A stretch of DNA of 64,000 nt, taken from the NCBI RefSeq assembly GCF_038025025.1, contig NW_027117343.1, positions 1,736,001 through 1,800,000 of the forward strand, given 5' to 3'. The notes under the pieces are model-generated. The model had not been told where the DNA came from, made no database searches, and saw only the letters and a list, made by a program, of their open reading frames with translations. Positions within the stretch are counted from its first letter, which is position 1, and every line of letters begins with the position of its first letter. The DNA comes from Phyllosticta citribraziliensis. Its lineage: Eukaryota. The position numbers and the translations under genes were made by a program. Of the stretch, positions 62,868 to 64,000 are shown piece by piece.

Positions 62868-64000
62868 GCGTGAGCGCCGTGGAGGTGGTCACGGTATGTC
62901 TGTTGTTTTTTGGGTGGAGTAATGTCTGGGCAAGGATGGTGCTGATGGGTGGTTTTGTTGCAGTGTTGGGAGGAGAGCTTGTGTGCCGTCGTGTCGAGGC
63001 CTCATGTGGGTGTCATGGCTATTTGTCGCACTCGATGGTCGACGGACAGAGCGAACGTTGGGAGATTGGAGCAAGCTCCAGGAGATTCAAGGCTGAGACA
63101 ATGGGTGGCCAGTCACTTCATTGGCTTGTGGCGCCTCACGGGCAAATCATCCGCCATGGCGACCATAAAAGCCCAAAGCGCGACCCATACTCCCCACAGG
63201 GGCTGGGTGGCCGACAGGCAATCGATCGGACCTGCCGAGATGGCAGACTACTACGCGCGCATGATACACGGAGAGGTATTATTACAAGAAAAGGACCATA
63301 CACACAACGACTCAACAAGGGATATCGCAATAGCAATATCGTAACAGAGACATAATACCTTGGTACATACACACATATGTCGGCACGACCAACCGGTTGT
63401 GCTGACGACTAATAACGGGGTTATCATGGCGCGTACTGTCCAGAGGTCTATGTTCGATACCCCTGCCCAGCTCCTACTTTTTTTTTCTCTTTTGTTCTTA
63501 TTGAGATTGTTGCGACGGTGGTGACTGTGGTGTTCCGCCCGTCTTTTGCTCCCTCCCAACGCATCCCTAAGGTGACTGACTGCCATGCGTCGTCTTTATT
63601 TTACCTGAGCGCATATATCTCTCCAAACCTCAGCTTCCAATATCGATCATCACCGCTCGTAGAAGTGCCACAACAAGTAAAAGGATCTCAGTCACTCTTC
63701 AAACAGTAAATACACGCGACATTCGCGCCCAATTCCTCCTGCAGAAACTTGCCCGTCTCCTCAACTCTGGCGCCAGATTGCTGAACCATGGTAGCAACGC
63801 TCAACCACGGCTACGAAAAAGCAGCCACCTCTTCCCTCTCCCTGCCTACCTACCTAGATACCCGAATAAACCATGCTTTTCTCCCAGAAAAGCTCTCTCC
63901 ACGTGCGTGTGTGCAGTACAGTGTCGCCGCAGTAGCTAGAGCCATCGATTCATTGTTAGATAACTAAACCGGTGCCTTCGTTGCGGCACTCATGCCTGAC

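Overview
Genomic DNA from a filamentous ascomycete (Pezizomycotina; GT-AG introns with CTRAC branch points) in two sharply separated compartments. (1) 1-21822 is an extremely AT-rich, TpA-saturated block destroyed by RIP, with no intact ORFs. It holds a full-length Ty3/Gypsy relic (3412-12086, minus strand, 423-bp LTRs, AATTT TSD), a same-family solo LTR nested inside it, a 114-bp palindrome-rich tandem array, a 90-bp coding-type repeat, a probable Ulp1-like protease relic and a ~1.4-kb duplication. It ends exactly at an interstitial (TTAGGG)~7 tract (21823-21865). (2) 21866-64000 is gene-dense. In order it encodes a secreted NucA/NucB-like nuclease, xanA (with a perfect UaY site), a FATP/VLACS acyl-CoA ligase, a P450, an MBL-fold hydrolase, SLX4, an orphan, a FYVE-RING PIB1-like protein, an MFS transporter, cnxG/MOCS2A, cyt-4/DSS1, TED1 and an asco-laccase. 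The best candidate for a novel system is a four-gene cluster at 54.4-62.1 kb: a secreted Ser/Thr-rich protein, an intronless UDP-HexNAc 6-dehydrogenase (GGHCI type), an atypical chitin-synthase-like GT2 (LGTDRRL/QRRRW) and a secreted GH18. It looks like a dedicated pathway for a uronic-acid-containing, chitin- or hyaluronan-like extracellular polysaccharide. All gene models and family calls were read by eye; no database searches were run.
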